DNA of 41,174 bases from an uncultured Methyloversatilis sp. (GTDB lineage: Bacteria > Pseudomonadota > Gammaproteobacteria > Burkholderiales > Rhodocyclaceae), in assembly GCA_964586275.1 (NCBI GenBank), contig CAZPIE010000001.1, forward strand, positions 1 to 41,174, written 5' to 3'. Below, piece after piece: positions 16,569 through 29,798 of this stretch. How positions within the stretch are numbered: the first letter of the stretch is position 1; every line of letters starts with the position of its first letter. The notes below the pieces were generated by a model, which saw only the letters and a list, made by a program, of their open reading frames with translations, ran no database searches and was not told where the DNA came from. A program made the position numbers and the translations under genes.

Positions 16569-18478
16569 CGCTGCTCGGGGTGCGCGACCTGACGGTGAGC
16601 ATCGGCGCGGCGCGGCCGGTCGATGGCGTTTCCTTCGACCTCGCGGCCGGCGCGACCTTCGCGCTGCTTGGCGAGTCGGGCTGCGGCAAGTCGCTGACCG
16701 CGCTGGCGCTGATGCGCCTCTTGCCGGCCGCGGCGCGCATCGAAGGCGGCAGCGTGAGGTTCGCCGGCGACGAACTGTGCGACCTCACCGAAGCGCAGAT
16801 GCGCGCCGTGCGCGGCGGCAGGATCGGCATGGTCTTCCAGGAGCCCGGCACCAGCCTCAATCCGGTGATGACCGTCGGCGCGCAGATCGCCGAGGCGCTG
16901 AAAGCGCATGCCGGCAAGGCGGATGCCGAGCGCGTCGTCGCACTGCTGGCGGCCGTCGGCATTCCCGATCCGGCGCGGCGCGCGACCGAATACCCGTTCC
17001 AGATGTCCGGCGGCATGAAGCAGCGCGCCATGATCGCAATGGCGCTGGCCGGCGAGCCGGAGCTGCTGATCGCCGACGAGCCGACCACCGCGCTCGACGT
17101 GACGATCCAGGCGCAGGTGCTCGACCTGCTGCGCGAACTGCAGCGGCAGCGCGGCATGGCGCTGTTGCTGATCACGCACGACCTCGGCGTGGTGGCGAAG
17201 ATGGCTGATCGCATCGGCGTCATGTACGCCGGCCAGCTGGTCGAGGTCGCGCCGCGCGATGCCTTCTTTGCCGCGCCGGTCCATCCCTACGCGCGCCGCC
17301 TGTTCGCCGCGCTGCCCGAGATGGCGACACGCCAGCAGCGGCTGGCGACGATTCCCGGCAGTGTGCCGCCGCTCGGCACGGTGTTCAGCGGTTGCCGTTT
17401 CGCCGACCGCTGCGACGAGGTGCTGCCCAAGTGCCGCACCCAGGCGCCGCCGTGGCGCGAATACGCCGGTGGACAGCGCGTGCGCTGCCACCTGGAGGCC
17501 GTGTCGCAGACCGTGAAAGTCGGCGCTGGCGGGACGGCGCCCGGGCAGGAAGAAGCCCTGACGACCCTGCTCGAAACGCACGACCTCAAGGTGCATTTCC
17601 CGATCCGGCGCGGCGTGTTGCAGCGGACAGTCGGCTACGTGCGCGCCGTCGATGGCGTCGATCTGCAGCTGGCGGCGGGACGGACGCTCGCGCTGGTCGG
17701 CGAATCGGGCTGCGGCAAGACGACCGTGGGCAAGGCGATCCTCGGCTTGCAGCCGCCGACGGCCGGGACGGTGAAGCTGGATGGAAAACCGCACTCGGGC
17801 CTCGCCCCGGCGCGCATGCAGATGGTGTTCCAGGATCCCTTCGGCTCGCTCAATCCGCGCATGCGCGTCGATGCCATCGTCGCCGAGGGGCGACCGGACG
17901 CGGATGTCGACAGCCTGCTGCAACAGGTGGGGCTGACGCCGGAGATGAAGGGCCGCTACCCGCACGAGTTTTCCGGCGGGCAGCGCCAGCGCATCGCCAT
18001 CGCGCGCGCGCTGGCGGTCGGGCCGCAGGTCCTGATCTGCGACGAGCCGACCAGCGCGCTCGACGTCTCGGTGCAGGCGCAGATCCTCAACCTGCTGACC
18101 GACCTGCAGGCGCGGCTCGGGCTCGCCTACCTGTTCATCACGCACAACATCGGGGTCGTCGACTTCCTTGCCCACGAGGTCGCGGTGATGTACCTCGGCC
18201 GTATCGTCGAGCGCGGCACGGTCGACGAGGTGCTGCGCGGGGCGCGTCATCCGTATACGCAGGCTTTGCTGGCGGCGGTGCCGAGGATCGAGGGCAGCGA
18301 AGGTAAAGGGGGGGAGCGGCTGCTGGCGCCGGGCGATCCGCCTTCGCCGGCGCACCCTCCCGCCGGCTGCCATTTCCATCCGCGCTGCCCGCGGGCGACG
18401 GGGCGCTGCCGCGGCGCGTATCCGGAAACCACCGTGCTGTCGGCGACGCACGGCGTGCGCTGCTATTTTCCGGGTTGA
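16565..18478 (+). CDS. Fused double ABC ATPase (OppD+OppF-like)
   Basis: Two Walker A (GESGCGKS/T), two signature motifs (MSGGM, FSGGQ), two DEPT motifs, Cys-rich C-terminal motifs; ATGA overlap at 16565. Confidence 0.93.
   Translation: MTLLGVRDLTVSIGAARPVDGVSFDLAAGATFALLGESGCGKSLTALALMRLLPAAARIEGGSVRFAGDELCDLTEAQMRAVRGGRIGMVFQEPGTSLNPVMTVGAQIAEALKAHAGKADAERVVALLAAVGIPDPARRATEYPFQMSGGMKQRAMIAMALAGEPELLIADEPTTALDVTIQAQVLDLLRELQRQRGMALLLITHDLGVVAKMADRIGVMYAGQLVEVAPRDAFFAAPVHPYARRLFAALPEMATRQQRLATIPGSVPPLGTVFSGCRFADRCDEVLPKCRTQAPPWREYAGGQRVRCHLEAVSQTVKVGAGGTAPGQEEALTTLLETHDLKVHFPIRRGVLQRTVGYVRAVDGVDLQLAAGRTLALVGESGCGKTTVGKAILGLQPPTAGTVKLDGKPHSGLAPARMQMVFQDPFGSLNPRMRVDAIVAEGRPDADVDSLLQQVGLTPEMKGRYPHEFSGGQRQRIAIARALAVGPQVLICDEPTSALDVSVQAQILNLLTDLQARLGLAYLFITHNIGVVDFLAHEVAVMYLGRIVERGTVDEVLRGARHPYTQALLAAVPRIEGSEGKGGERLLAPGDPPSPAHPPAGCHFHPRCPRATGRCRGAYPETTVLSATHGVRCYFPG
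17517..17538 (+). repeat. 22-bp family A motif copy 4, between the two ATPase halves, read as KVGAGGTA
   Basis: AAGTCGGCGCTGGCGGGACGGC. Confidence 0.93.
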
Positions 18479-19902
18479 ACTTTCTTCCTGGCGGGTTGGG
18501 GCTTGGCGGGTTTTTTTGCCACGGATTTTTTGGCGACGGACTTGCTTGCAGCCTTCTTTCCCGCTTTCGCCTGGGTTCGTTTGCCGCCGGTGACCCGGGC
18601 GGGTTTTTCCGGCGCCGGTTGCGGCAGGATGCGGGCGACGGCTTCCGCTGCCTGGCTGCCCGGTCGCGGCACGAGCAGGTTGAAGCCGGGGCGAACCCTG
18701 ACGCGCGGGGTGATGCCGTTGATCTGGCGCAGCCGCGCCTCGCTCAGCTTGAAGCGGGCGGCCACCTTGGCCAGCGTGTCGCCCTTCTTCAGCGCGTAGG
18801 TCAGCCAGTTGGACAGCGGCCTGTCCTGCGCCTCGTAGCGCTCCAGGTTGGCCATGAAGATGTCGATCTTGTCGACGGGCAGCAGCAGCCCCTCGCCGGC
18901 CTGCCCGCCGTTGATGACGGGACGGTTGTAGGCCGGATTGAGCGAGACGAATTCATCCAGGGAAATCTCGGCGAGTCGCGCGGCGATGTCGACGTCGATG
19001 CGTTCCGGCTTCGTCACGGTCTCGAAATAGGGCCGGTTGGGGATGGGGTCGAGCCGGAAGCCGTAGAACTCGGGGTGGGCGACGATGTTCTTCAGGGCCT
19101 GCAGCTTCGGCACGTAGTAACGGGTCTCGGCCGGCATGGTCAGGCTCGCGTAGTCGGTCGGCATACCCCTGGCCTGATTCTTCGCGATGGCGCGGCCGAC
19201 GGCGCCTTCGCCCCAGTTGTAGGAGGCGAGCGCGAGATGCCAGTCGCCGTGCATCTCGTAGAGCTTCTGCAGGTAGGTGAGGGCGGCGTCGGTGGAGGCG
19301 ACGATGTCGCGCCGCTCGTCGACCCACCAGTTCTGGTCAAGGTTGTAGTTGCGACCGGTGGACGGGATGAACTGCCAGATGCCCATCGCGCGCGCGGTGG
19401 AGACGGCGCGCGGGTTGAAGGCGCTCTCGACCATCGGCAACAGGGCCAGTTCGGTCGGCATGCCGCGTTTTTCGATCTCCTCGACGATGTGGAACAGATA
19501 GCGGCGGCCGCGTTCGAAGATGCGGCGCAGCATGTCCGGCCGGTTGAGGTACCAGGACTGGCGGTCGGCGACCAGCGGGACATGCAGGTCGGGCATGCCG
19601 AAGCCGTGGCGGATGCGCTGCCAGAGGTCGTCGGGAGCGACGGTCAGGTCGATCAGCGGCGGGGCGGAGTTTTCCTGTACGGCTTGCACCGGCAGGGGCT
19701 GCGCGAACGAGCGAGCCTCCGCCCGGGGCGGGACGGCCAAACCCGGCGTCGGCGCAGGCGCGGCGGCACCGGGCGCGACTGTACCGGCAGACGCGTCGCC
19801 GCCGCTGCTGGCCGGCCGCTCCTCCGGAAGCGTGGAGCAGGCGCCCAGCGTAACGAGCAGCAGGAGCGGAAGCAAGGCGCGCTGACGGAAAAAAACGGAC
19901 AT
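18463..19902 (-). CDS. mltD: Lytic murein transglycosylase D (SLT + LysM lipoprotein)
   Basis: Lipobox LGAC; LPMVESAF, GIWQFIP, ASYNWGEG, ETRYYVPKL; LysM KKGDTLAKVA. Start MSVFF chosen to give a signal peptide. Confidence 0.9.
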   Translation of the reverse strand: MSVFFRQRALLPLLLLVTLGACSTLPEERPASSGGDASAGTVAPGAAAPAPTPGLAVPPRAEARSFAQPLPVQAVQENSAPPLIDLTVAPDDLWQRIRHGFGMPDLHVPLVADRQSWYLNRPDMLRRIFERGRRYLFHIVEEIEKRGMPTELALLPMVESAFNPRAVSTARAMGIWQFIPSTGRNYNLDQNWWVDERRDIVASTDAALTYLQKLYEMHGDWHLALASYNWGEGAVGRAIAKNQARGMPTDYASLTMPAETRYYVPKLQALKNIVAHPEFYGFRLDPIPNRPYFETVTKPERIDVDIAARLAEISLDEFVSLNPAYNRPVINGGQAGEGLLLPVDKIDIFMANLERYEAQDRPLSNWLTYALKKGDTLAKVAARFKLSEARLRQINGITPRVRVRPGFNLLVPRPGSQAAEAVARILPQPAPEKPARVTGGKRTQAKAGKKAASKSVAKKSVAKKPAKPQPARKKVQPGK

Positions 19903-20114
19903 GGAGAATATGGGCTTGACCGCAGGCCGCGTAGTGTAATGGAGCGCGGAGAGCATGGCCAGCCGGCATGGATCGGGCCGGGCTTTCCGCTGTGCTGCCT
20001 GCGGAAAACCACAATGGTCGATGCGGTGCGGCAAAGATTATTCTCCGGATGCCAACGGCAGCGGTGCTGTGCTGTATTGCTGCCGTTTTCCGATAACCAC
20101 CAGAAGGAGCTCCG

Positions 20115-21128
20115 ATGAAACTGCGCACCCTCGCCGTCGGCCTGATGGCCGCGACCTTCTCGCTGGCCGCCGTGCCTGCCTTGGCCCAGCAGCCGATCGT
20201 CATCAAGTTCAGCCACGTCGTGGCAGCCGATACGCCGAAGGGCAAGGGCGCCGACTTCTTCAAGCAGAAAGCCGAAGAACTGACCAAGGGCAAGGTCAAG
20301 GTCGAGGTCTATCACAATTCCACGCTCTACAAGGACAAGGAGGAAATGGAGGCGCTGCAGCTGGGCGCCGTGCAGATGCTCGCGCCCTCGCTGGCCAAGT
20401 TCGGCCCGCTCGGCGTCAAGGAGTTCGAAGTTTTCGACTTTCCCTTCATGTTCGACAACTATGATCAGGTGCGCAAGGTCACCAATGGGCCGATCGGCGC
20501 CGCCCTGCTGAAGAAACTCGAAAGCAGGGGCATTCTCGGCCTGGCCTACTGGGACAACGGACTCAAGGTGATGAGCGCGAACAAGCCCCTGCGCAATCCC
20601 GAGGACTTCAAGGGCCTGAAGATGCGCATCCAGTCCTCCAACGTGCTCGAGGCGCAGATGCGCGCGGTCGGCGCCCTGCCGCAGAAGATGGCCTTCTCCG
20701 AGGTCTACCAGGCTTTGCAGACCGGCGTGGTCGACGGCACGGAGAATCCTCCCTCCAACCTCTTCACCCAGAAGATGCACGAGGTGCAGAAATTCATCAC
20801 GCTGTCCGACCACGGTTATCTCGGTTACGCGGTCATCGTGAACAAGAAATTCTGGGACGGGCTGCCGGCCGACATCCGCAAGCAGCTCGACGAGGCGATG
20901 CAGCAGGCCACGCGCTACGCCAACCAGATCGCCAAGGTCGAAAACGACACGGCGATGGAGGGCGTCAAGAAGGCCGGCAAGAGCGAGATCATCGTCCTGA
21001 CGCCGGAGCAGAAGAAGGCCTGGAAGAAGGCCATGCTCAAGGTGCATGACCAGATGTCCAGCCGGGTCGGCAAGGATTTGGTCGAGGCGATCTACAAGGA
21101 AACCGGTTTCGATCCGAAAAAACTCTGA
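20115..21128 (+). CDS. dctP: TRAP transporter solute-binding protein
   Basis: IKFSHVV, DFKGLKMRIQ, EVYQALQTGVVDGTENP. Confidence 0.95.
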   Translation: MKLRTLAVGLMAATFSLAAVPALAQQPIVIKFSHVVAADTPKGKGADFFKQKAEELTKGKVKVEVYHNSTLYKDKEEMEALQLGAVQMLAPSLAKFGPLGVKEFEVFDFPFMFDNYDQVRKVTNGPIGAALLKKLESRGILGLAYWDNGLKVMSANKPLRNPEDFKGLKMRIQSSNVLEAQMRAVGALPQKMAFSEVYQALQTGVVDGTENPPSNLFTQKMHEVQKFITLSDHGYLGYAVIVNKKFWDGLPADIRKQLDEAMQQATRYANQIAKVENDTAMEGVKKAGKSEIIVLTPEQKKAWKKAMLKVHDQMSSRVGKDLVEAIYKETGFDPKKL

Positions 21129-21144
21129 GCGCCAGCAGTTGACG

Positions 21145-21173
21145 GCGGGGCCCATGCGGGCCCCGCTTTTTTT
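21145..21173 (+). terminator. Intrinsic terminator between dctP and dctQ
   Basis: GCGGGGCCC-ATGC-GGGCCCCGC followed by T7. Confidence 0.85.
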
Positions 21174-21179
21174 GGAGCG

Positions 21180-21881
21180 ATGGCCATGAAAATTCTCGAC
21201 CATCTCGAGGAGTGGTTGGTGACCTTTCTCATGGGCGCCGCCACGATCATCATTTTCGTCTCGGTGCTCCATCGTTATGCCTCCGGGCTGGCGATCCCAG
21301 GGGTGCAGGACTGGCTGATCGGCCTGAATCTTTCCTGGGCGCAGGAGCTGTGCATCATCATGTTCGTCTGGATGGCGAAATTCGGTGCGGCCTATGGCGT
21401 GCGCACCGGCATCCACGTCGGCGTGGACGTCGTGGTCAACCGCCTGGAAGACCGGACGCGCGGCAAGTTCATCGTCTTCGGCCTGCTGGCCGGGGCATTC
21501 TTCACCGGCATCATCGGTTCGCTGGGCGCGCATTTCGTCTGGGAGAACGGCGCCCACTACAGCTTCCGCAAGTTTTTCGGCTTGGAACTGGGCGATCTCT
21601 ACGAGGGACCGACCACCCCGGATCTCGAATGGCCGACCTGGATCGTCTATTCCGCCATTCCGCTCGGTTCCTTCCTGATGTGCTTCCGTTTCCTGCAGGT
21701 GACGGCCAGCTTCATCCGTACCAATGAACTGCCGCACCACGATCATAGCCATGTTGATGGCATCGAGGAAGAAAAACTGCCGGTGGATGCGAACCCCTAC
21801 GGCATGGATGACGACCTGCACATGCGCGACCTCAAGCATCGCCGGGTCATTGACCGAGCGGAGCAGGAGGGCGAGAAATGA
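21180..21881 (+). CDS. dctQ: TRAP transporter small permease
   Basis: WAQELCIIMFVW, GIHVGVD, four TM segments, position between dctP and dctM. Confidence 0.92.
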   Translation: MAMKILDHLEEWLVTFLMGAATIIIFVSVLHRYASGLAIPGVQDWLIGLNLSWAQELCIIMFVWMAKFGAAYGVRTGIHVGVDVVVNRLEDRTRGKFIVFGLLAGAFFTGIIGSLGAHFVWENGAHYSFRKFFGLELGDLYEGPTTPDLEWPTWIVYSAIPLGSFLMCFRFLQVTASFIRTNELPHHDHSHVDGIEEEKLPVDANPYGMDDDLHMRDLKHRRVIDRAEQEGEK

Positions 21882-23161
21882 GCGCGGCCGTCATCTTCCT
21901 GATGCTGGCCCTGCTGATGCTCACCGGCATGCCGGTATCGATCTCGCTCGGCCTGACGGTGCTGACCTTCCTGTTCGCCTTCACCGAGGTGCCGCTCGAA
22001 GCGGTGGCGCTGAAGCTGTTCACCGGCATCGAGAAGTTCGAGATCATGGCGATCCCCTTCTTCATCCTCGCCGGCAACTTCCTCACCCACGGCGGCGTGG
22101 CGCGGCGCATGATCAACTTCGCGACCTCGATGGTCGGCCACTTCCGCGGCGGCCTGGGCATGAGCTCGGTGTTCGCCTGCGCCTTGTTCGCGGCGGTTTC
22201 GGGCTCCTCCCCGGCGACCGTGGTGGCGATCGGCTCGATCATGCTGCCGGCGATGCTCAAGGCGGGTTATCCGAAGAAGTTCGGGGTCGGCGTGATCGCC
22301 TCCGGCGGCGGATTGGGCATCCTGATTCCGCCATCGATCGTCATGGTGATGTACGCGGTATCGACCAACAGCTCGATCGGCGCGCTATTCATCGCCGGCG
22401 TGATTCCCGGCCTGCTGCTGGCCTTCATGCTGGGGCTGTGCACCTGGTGGGTGGCGCACCAGGGCAACTACCCGCGCGAGCGGGTACATTCCTGGGGCGA
22501 ACGCTGGACAAGCTTCCGCAAGGCGATCTGGGGCCTGCTGCTGATCATCGTGGTGATTGGCGGCATCTACAGCGGCTTGTTTACCCCCACGGAAGCGGCA
22601 GCGATGAGCGCGGTCTACGCCTTCGTCATCGCGGTGTTCGTCTACAAGGATCTGAGTTTCCGCGACGTGCCCAAGGTGCTGCTCAACTCGGCGAACATGA
22701 GCGCGATGCTGCTCTACATCATCACCAACGCCGTGCTGTTCTCGTTCATCCTCACCAACGAGCAGATCCCGCAGGGCATCGCCCAGTGGATCCTCGATTC
22801 CGGCATGGGCGTGATCGGCTTCCTGATCGCCGTCAACATCCTGCTGCTGATCATGGGCAGCTTCATGGAGCCCTCGTCGATCATCCTGATCACGGCGCCG
22901 ATCCTGTTCCCGATCGCCATGAAGCTGGGCATCGATCCCATCCACTTCGGCATCATGATCACGGTGAACATGGAAATCGGCATGATCACGCCGCCCGTCG
23001 GTCTGAACCTCTACGTCGCCAGCGGGATCGCCAAGATGGGGCTGACCGACTGCGCCAAGGCGGTCTGGCCGTGGCTGCTGACCATGCTGATCTTCCTGAT
23101 GATCATCACCTATGTGCCGGCTGTTACGACCTGGCTGCCGACCACGCTCGGAATGATGTAG
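21878..23161 (+). CDS. dctM: TRAP transporter large permease
   Basis: AIPFFILAG, SGSSPAT, ILIPPSI, FTPTEAA, ITPPVGLNL. Confidence 0.95.
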   Translation: MSAAVIFLMLALLMLTGMPVSISLGLTVLTFLFAFTEVPLEAVALKLFTGIEKFEIMAIPFFILAGNFLTHGGVARRMINFATSMVGHFRGGLGMSSVFACALFAAVSGSSPATVVAIGSIMLPAMLKAGYPKKFGVGVIASGGGLGILIPPSIVMVMYAVSTNSSIGALFIAGVIPGLLLAFMLGLCTWWVAHQGNYPRERVHSWGERWTSFRKAIWGLLLIIVVIGGIYSGLFTPTEAAAMSAVYAFVIAVFVYKDLSFRDVPKVLLNSANMSAMLLYIITNAVLFSFILTNEQIPQGIAQWILDSGMGVIGFLIAVNILLLIMGSFMEPSSIILITAPILFPIAMKLGIDPIHFGIMITVNMEIGMITPPVGLNLYVASGIAKMGLTDCAKAVWPWLLTMLIFLMIITYVPAVTTWLPTTLGMM

Positions 23162-23179
23162 CGCCGCCTTGAACGAACC

Positions 23180-23211
23180 AAGCCCGGCTCCGGCCGGGCT
23201 TTTTTGTTTTT
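23180..23211 (+). terminator. Intrinsic terminator after dctM
   Basis: AAGCCCGGC-TCCG-GCCGGGCTT followed by a T-rich tract. Confidence 0.88.
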
Positions 23212-23286
23212 GCCGGCAGGGAGCGTGGTCATTCTGGGCTAAAATCGCTGTCCTTTATCTTGCTTATCAATCTGTTGGAGAAAAGA

Positions 23287-23715
23287 ATGGCCGTCGAAAA
23301 AACCCTGTCGATCATCAAACCCGATGCCGTGGCGAAAAACGTGATCGGCAAGATCTATTCCCGCTTCGAGACCAACGGTCTCAAGATCGTTGCCTCCCGC
23401 ATGGCCTGGCTGTCCGAGCGCGAAGCCGGCGGTTTCTATGCCGTGCACAAGGATCGTCCCTTCTTCAAGGATCTCGTCCAGTTCATGACCTCCGGCCCGG
23501 TGATGATCCAGGTGCTCGAAGGCGAGAACGCCATCGCCAAGAACCGCGAGCTGATGGGCGCCACCGATCCGCAGAAGGCCGAGAAGGGCACGATCCGCGC
23601 CGATTTTGCCGCGAGCATCGACGCCAACGCCGTGCATGGCTCCGACGGCCCCGAGACCGCCAGGGTCGAGATCGCCTATTTCTTCCCGGAACTGGACGTT
23701 TTCTCGGGTCGTTGA
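23287..23715 (+). CDS. ndk: Nucleoside diphosphate kinase
   Basis: [32 protein letters not shown] before ATG 23287. Confidence 0.97.
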   Translation: MAVEKTLSIIKPDAVAKNVIGKIYSRFETNGLKIVASRMAWLSEREAGGFYAVHKDRPFFKDLVQFMTSGPVMIQVLEGENAIAKNRELMGATDPQKAEKGTIRADFAASIDANAVHGSDGPETARVEIAYFFPELDVFSGR

Positions 23716-23743
23716 TTTTCCCGAGCGCTGTTTGACGCCTCCC

Positions 23744-24927
<1,184 letters not shown>

Positions 24928-24931
<4 letters not shown>

Positions 24932-25731
24932 AACTCCACATGCTGCCTATCGCTGCAAGCGCAGTCATCCTGGCCGGTTGTGCCGGCAATGTGGCGGCGC
25001 CGAAGCAGGAACCCCTGCCCAATCTCGAGCAGGCGGCATTCCAGATGCCGGTGGTCGCGGACGACCAGTCGCGGGCCAAGGCGCGTACCGATCTCGGCAT
25101 TGCCTATCTGCGTGACGGCCGCTACGAAATCGCTCTGGAAGAGGCGCAAAAGGCCATTTCCCATACGAGTGACTATGCGCCTGCCCACAACCTGCTGGCC
25201 CTGGTGCACATGGCGCTCGGGCAGAACGCACAGGCCGATGCCTCGTTCCGGCGGGCCATTAGCCTCGCGCCCGACAATCCGGAGATCGCCAACAACTACG
25301 GCTGGTTCCTCTGCCAGACCGGCAAGATCAAGGAATCCTTCACTTACTTCAATCAGGTGCTGCGCAATCCCCTGTACAAGACGCCGGCGAACGTACTGCA
25401 CAACATGGGTGTTTGCGCGCTGCTCGACAAGGACGACGTGGCCGGCGAGTCGTATCTGTTCCGGGCCCTGAAGCTCGATCCCAACAACCTGCGCGCCTAC
25501 TACTTGCTCGCCGACATCGAATACCGGCGCGGCCGCTACGAGGGCGCGCGCGACTGGCTCAAGAAACTGCATGCGAAGATGGAGCCGACGGCCGAAACGG
25601 TCTGGCTGTCGCTGCGCATCGATCGCAAGTCCGGTGACCGCAGGAGCGAAGCCGCGAACATGGGCATCCTGCGCGGCAAGTTCCGCGATTCTCCCGAGTA
25701 CGTCCAGATGATGCGCGGAGAGTTCGATTGA
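24928..25731 (+). CDS. pilW: Type IV pilus biogenesis TPR lipoprotein PilW/PilF
   Basis: GGAGG then TTG at 24928 overlapping the rlmN stop; lipobox [15 protein letters not shown] pattern; synteny. Confidence 0.9.
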
Positions 25732-26581
25732 GCGAAACGGGTCAGTGTTCTGTCGCGGCAGCAGGCGCGGAACCGGCGGTCGCGCCCTCCAGCGTGTCGG
25801 TCGGCCGCCAATTGCGGCAGGCGCGCGAGGCGGCGCAACTGTCGCGCCACGAAGTCGCTCAGGCATTGAAGTTCAGCCCGCGCCAGATCGAGGCGCTCGA
25901 GGCGGACGACTACGGGGCCCTGCCGGGCGCCACCATCGTGCGCGGTTTCGTGCGCAGCTATGCGCGCCTGCTCAGACTCGATGCCGCCCCCCTGCTGCGG
26001 CAACTCGAACCCGTGATGCCGAGCATGCCCGCGGAAGTCCGCCCCCCCGAGAACATGGGCATTGCCAACCAGCCGCGCGGCGTGCGCGAGTTTTCCCCGC
26101 TGGTGACGGTCGCCATCGTGCTGCTGATCGCCGCCGCGATGCTTGCCGCTTGGCACTTCTTCGGTGCGTCGACGACGCGGCCCGCGGCCACGACTGCCGG
26201 TGCGGCCCTGCCGAAACAGGCTCTTGAATCGCCTCAGGTGCAACCCCTCGTTCCCGTACCGGCCGAAAATCCCGCCGCTGCCCCTGCATCCGCGCCAATC
26301 GAAAATGTCATGCCGCCGCAGGCTGTAGAGCAGGCCGACCCCGCCATGCCGGTCCTGCGCTTCAGTTTCGCCGCCCGTTCCTGGGTCGAGGTGACCGATG
26401 CCAACGGGCAGCAGTTGCACAGCGGCGAGAATCAAGGTGGGTCGCAATTGACGCTGACCGGCAAGCCGCCCTTCGATGTCGTCGTCGGCAATGCCGGCAA
26501 GGTGACGCTGACGTATGGCGAAAAGCGGGTCGATCTGGCGCCGTACACGCGCGCCGAAGTGGCGCGTTTCACTCTCGAATA

Positions 26582-26582
<1 letters not shown>
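25728..26582 (+). CDS. rodZ: RodZ-like protein (HTH, TM, C-terminal periplasmic domain)
   Basis: [44 protein letters not shown]. Confidence 0.88.
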
Positions 26583-27837
<1,255 letters not shown>

Positions 27838-27841
<4 letters not shown>

Positions 27842-29133
27842 GTCAAACCCTGCAAGCCATTCGCGGGATGAACGACATCCTGCCCGACGAAGCCGAGCGC
27901 TGGGAGGCCCTCGAGGCGCTGATCCGCGACTGGCTGTCCGCCTACGGCTACCGGCCGGTCCGCATGCCGCTGGTCGAGCCGACGTCGCTGTTCGCGCGGG
28001 CCATCGGCGCCGTGACCGACATCGTCGAGAAGGAGATGTATTCCTTCACCGACAGCCTCAACGGCGAGCAGCTGACGCTGCGTCCGGAAGGCACCGCCTC
28101 CTGTGTGCGCGCGGTGCTCCAGCACAATCTCCTCTACGACGGCCCGAAGCGCCTGTGGTACCTCGGTCCGATGTTCCGCCACGAGCGCCCCCAGAAAGGC
28201 CGCTACCGCCAGTTCCACCAGGTCGGCATCGAGGCGCTCGGCCTGTCCGGCCCGGACATCGACGCCGAGCAGATCATCATGTGCGCGCGGCTCTGGGACG
28301 ACCTCGGACTGGAGGGAATCCGGCTCGAGATCAACTCGCTGGGCGAGGCCGGGGAACGGGTCAAGCACCGTGCCGATCTGATCGCTTATCTCGAACAGCA
28401 CCGCGATCTGCTCGACGAAGATGGCAAGCGCCGGCTGCACACCAACCCGCTGCGCATCCTCGACACCAAGAACCCCGCGCTGCAGGGCATCGTCGAGGCC
28501 GCGCCCAAGCTGATCGACTACCTCGGAGAAAATTCACTCAAGCATTTCGAGGGCGTGCAGCAGCTGCTCAAGGACGCGGCGATTCCCTACCGCATCAACC
28601 CGCGCCTGGTGCGCGGCCTCGACTACTACAACCTGACCGTGTTCGAATGGATGACCGATGCGCTCGGCGCCCAGGGCACGGTCTGCGCGGGCGGCCGTTA
28701 CGACGGCCTGATCGCCCAGCTCGGCGGCAAGAGCGCGCCGGCCTGCGGCTTTGCGATGGGCATCGAGCGGCTGATGGCGCTGCTCGAAGCGCAGGGCGGC
28801 GGCATCGAGGCGCCCGCGCCCGATATTTATGTCGTGCACCAAGGCGAGGCGGCGCAGCGCGTCGCCTTCCGCGCGGCGGAGGTGCTGCGCGACGTTGGCT
28901 GCACGGTGCTCACGCACATGGGCGGCGGCAGCTTCAAGTCGCAGTTCAAGCGCGCCGATGCGTCGGGCGCGCAGCTGGCGGTGATCGTCGGCGACGACGA
29001 GGCGGCGGCGCATGCGGTGACGCTCAAGCCCCTGCGCGTCGAGGGAGAGCAGCAGCGCGTGCCGCTGGAGGAACTGGCCGATCGCGTCGGCGACTGGCTC
29101 TACGGCGACGATCAAGATTTTTCCGAGGATTGA
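27838..29133 (+). CDS. hisS: Histidine--tRNA ligase
   Basis: [35 protein letters not shown]. Confidence 0.98.
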
Positions 29134-29135
29134 AC

Positions 29136-29798
29136 ATGGCAACCTACGATCTGCAAGAGCAGGAACAGATTGAAGAACTGAAGACCTGGTGGAAGATGCA
29201 CGGCACGCTGATCACGGCGCTGGTCGTCGCGCTCGCGGTCGGCGTGGTCGGCTGGCAGGGCTGGCAATGGTGGCAGCGCAGCCAGGCCGGCCAGGCTGCG
29301 CAGCTCTACGGCAACCTGCAACAGGCGCTGATGCAGGAGGACGTCAAGCGCGTGCGCCTGATGGCGGGCGAGCTGATCGACAAGTTCCCGCGCACGAGCT
29401 ACGCCGGCATGGCCGCCCTGCTGTCCGGCAAGCTGCTATTCGAGACCGGCGATCTCAAGTCGGCCGAGGCGCAATACGGCTGGGCCGCCGAGCATGCCGC
29501 CGATCAGGGCACGCGCGATCTCGCGCGCCTGCGCCAGGCACTCGTGCTGACCGAGGAGAAGGATTTCGATGCGGCGCTCAAGCTGCTTGCCGTCCCGCCA
29601 GCGCCGAGTTTCATGGCCCGCTATCTCGAAGTGCGCGGCGACATCCTCGTCGCGCAAGGCAAGGGGGGCGAAGCGCGCGCCGCCTACGACGAGGCGATCA
29701 AGGCGCTCGAGGGCAGCCGCAAGGCAGAAGGTTTGCCGCCCGGTCCCTATCTCGAAATCCTGCAGGCCAAGCGCGACGCAGCCGGAGTGCAATCGTGA
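29136..29798 (+). CDS. yfgM: YfgM-family TPR membrane protein
   Basis: YDLQEQEQIEELKTWWK, single TM, LARLR, RGDIL; between hisS and bamB. Confidence 0.9.
   Translation: MATYDLQEQEQIEELKTWWKMHGTLITALVVALAVGVVGWQGWQWWQRSQAGQAAQLYGNLQQALMQEDVKRVRLMAGELIDKFPRTSYAGMAALLSGKLLFETGDLKSAEAQYGWAAEHAADQGTRDLARLRQALVLTEEKDFDAALKLLAVPPAPSFMARYLEVRGDILVAQGKGGEARAAYDEAIKALEGSRKAEGLPPGPYLEILQAKRDAAGVQS
29589..29610 (-). repeat. 22-bp family A motif copy 5 (1 mismatch), in yfgM, read as AVPPAPSF
   Basis: GCCGTCCCGCCAGCGCCGAGTT on the + strand (21/22). Confidence 0.88.

Noticed and set aside
14028..18478. Track ORFs with long N-terminal extensions (846 aa, 792 aa; also 628, 690 and 591 aa in the ndk-der cluster) as fusions or frameshifts
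   Set aside because: Each real gene has a start overlapping or adjoining the upstream stop; the extensions are out-of-frame reads of the upstream gene.
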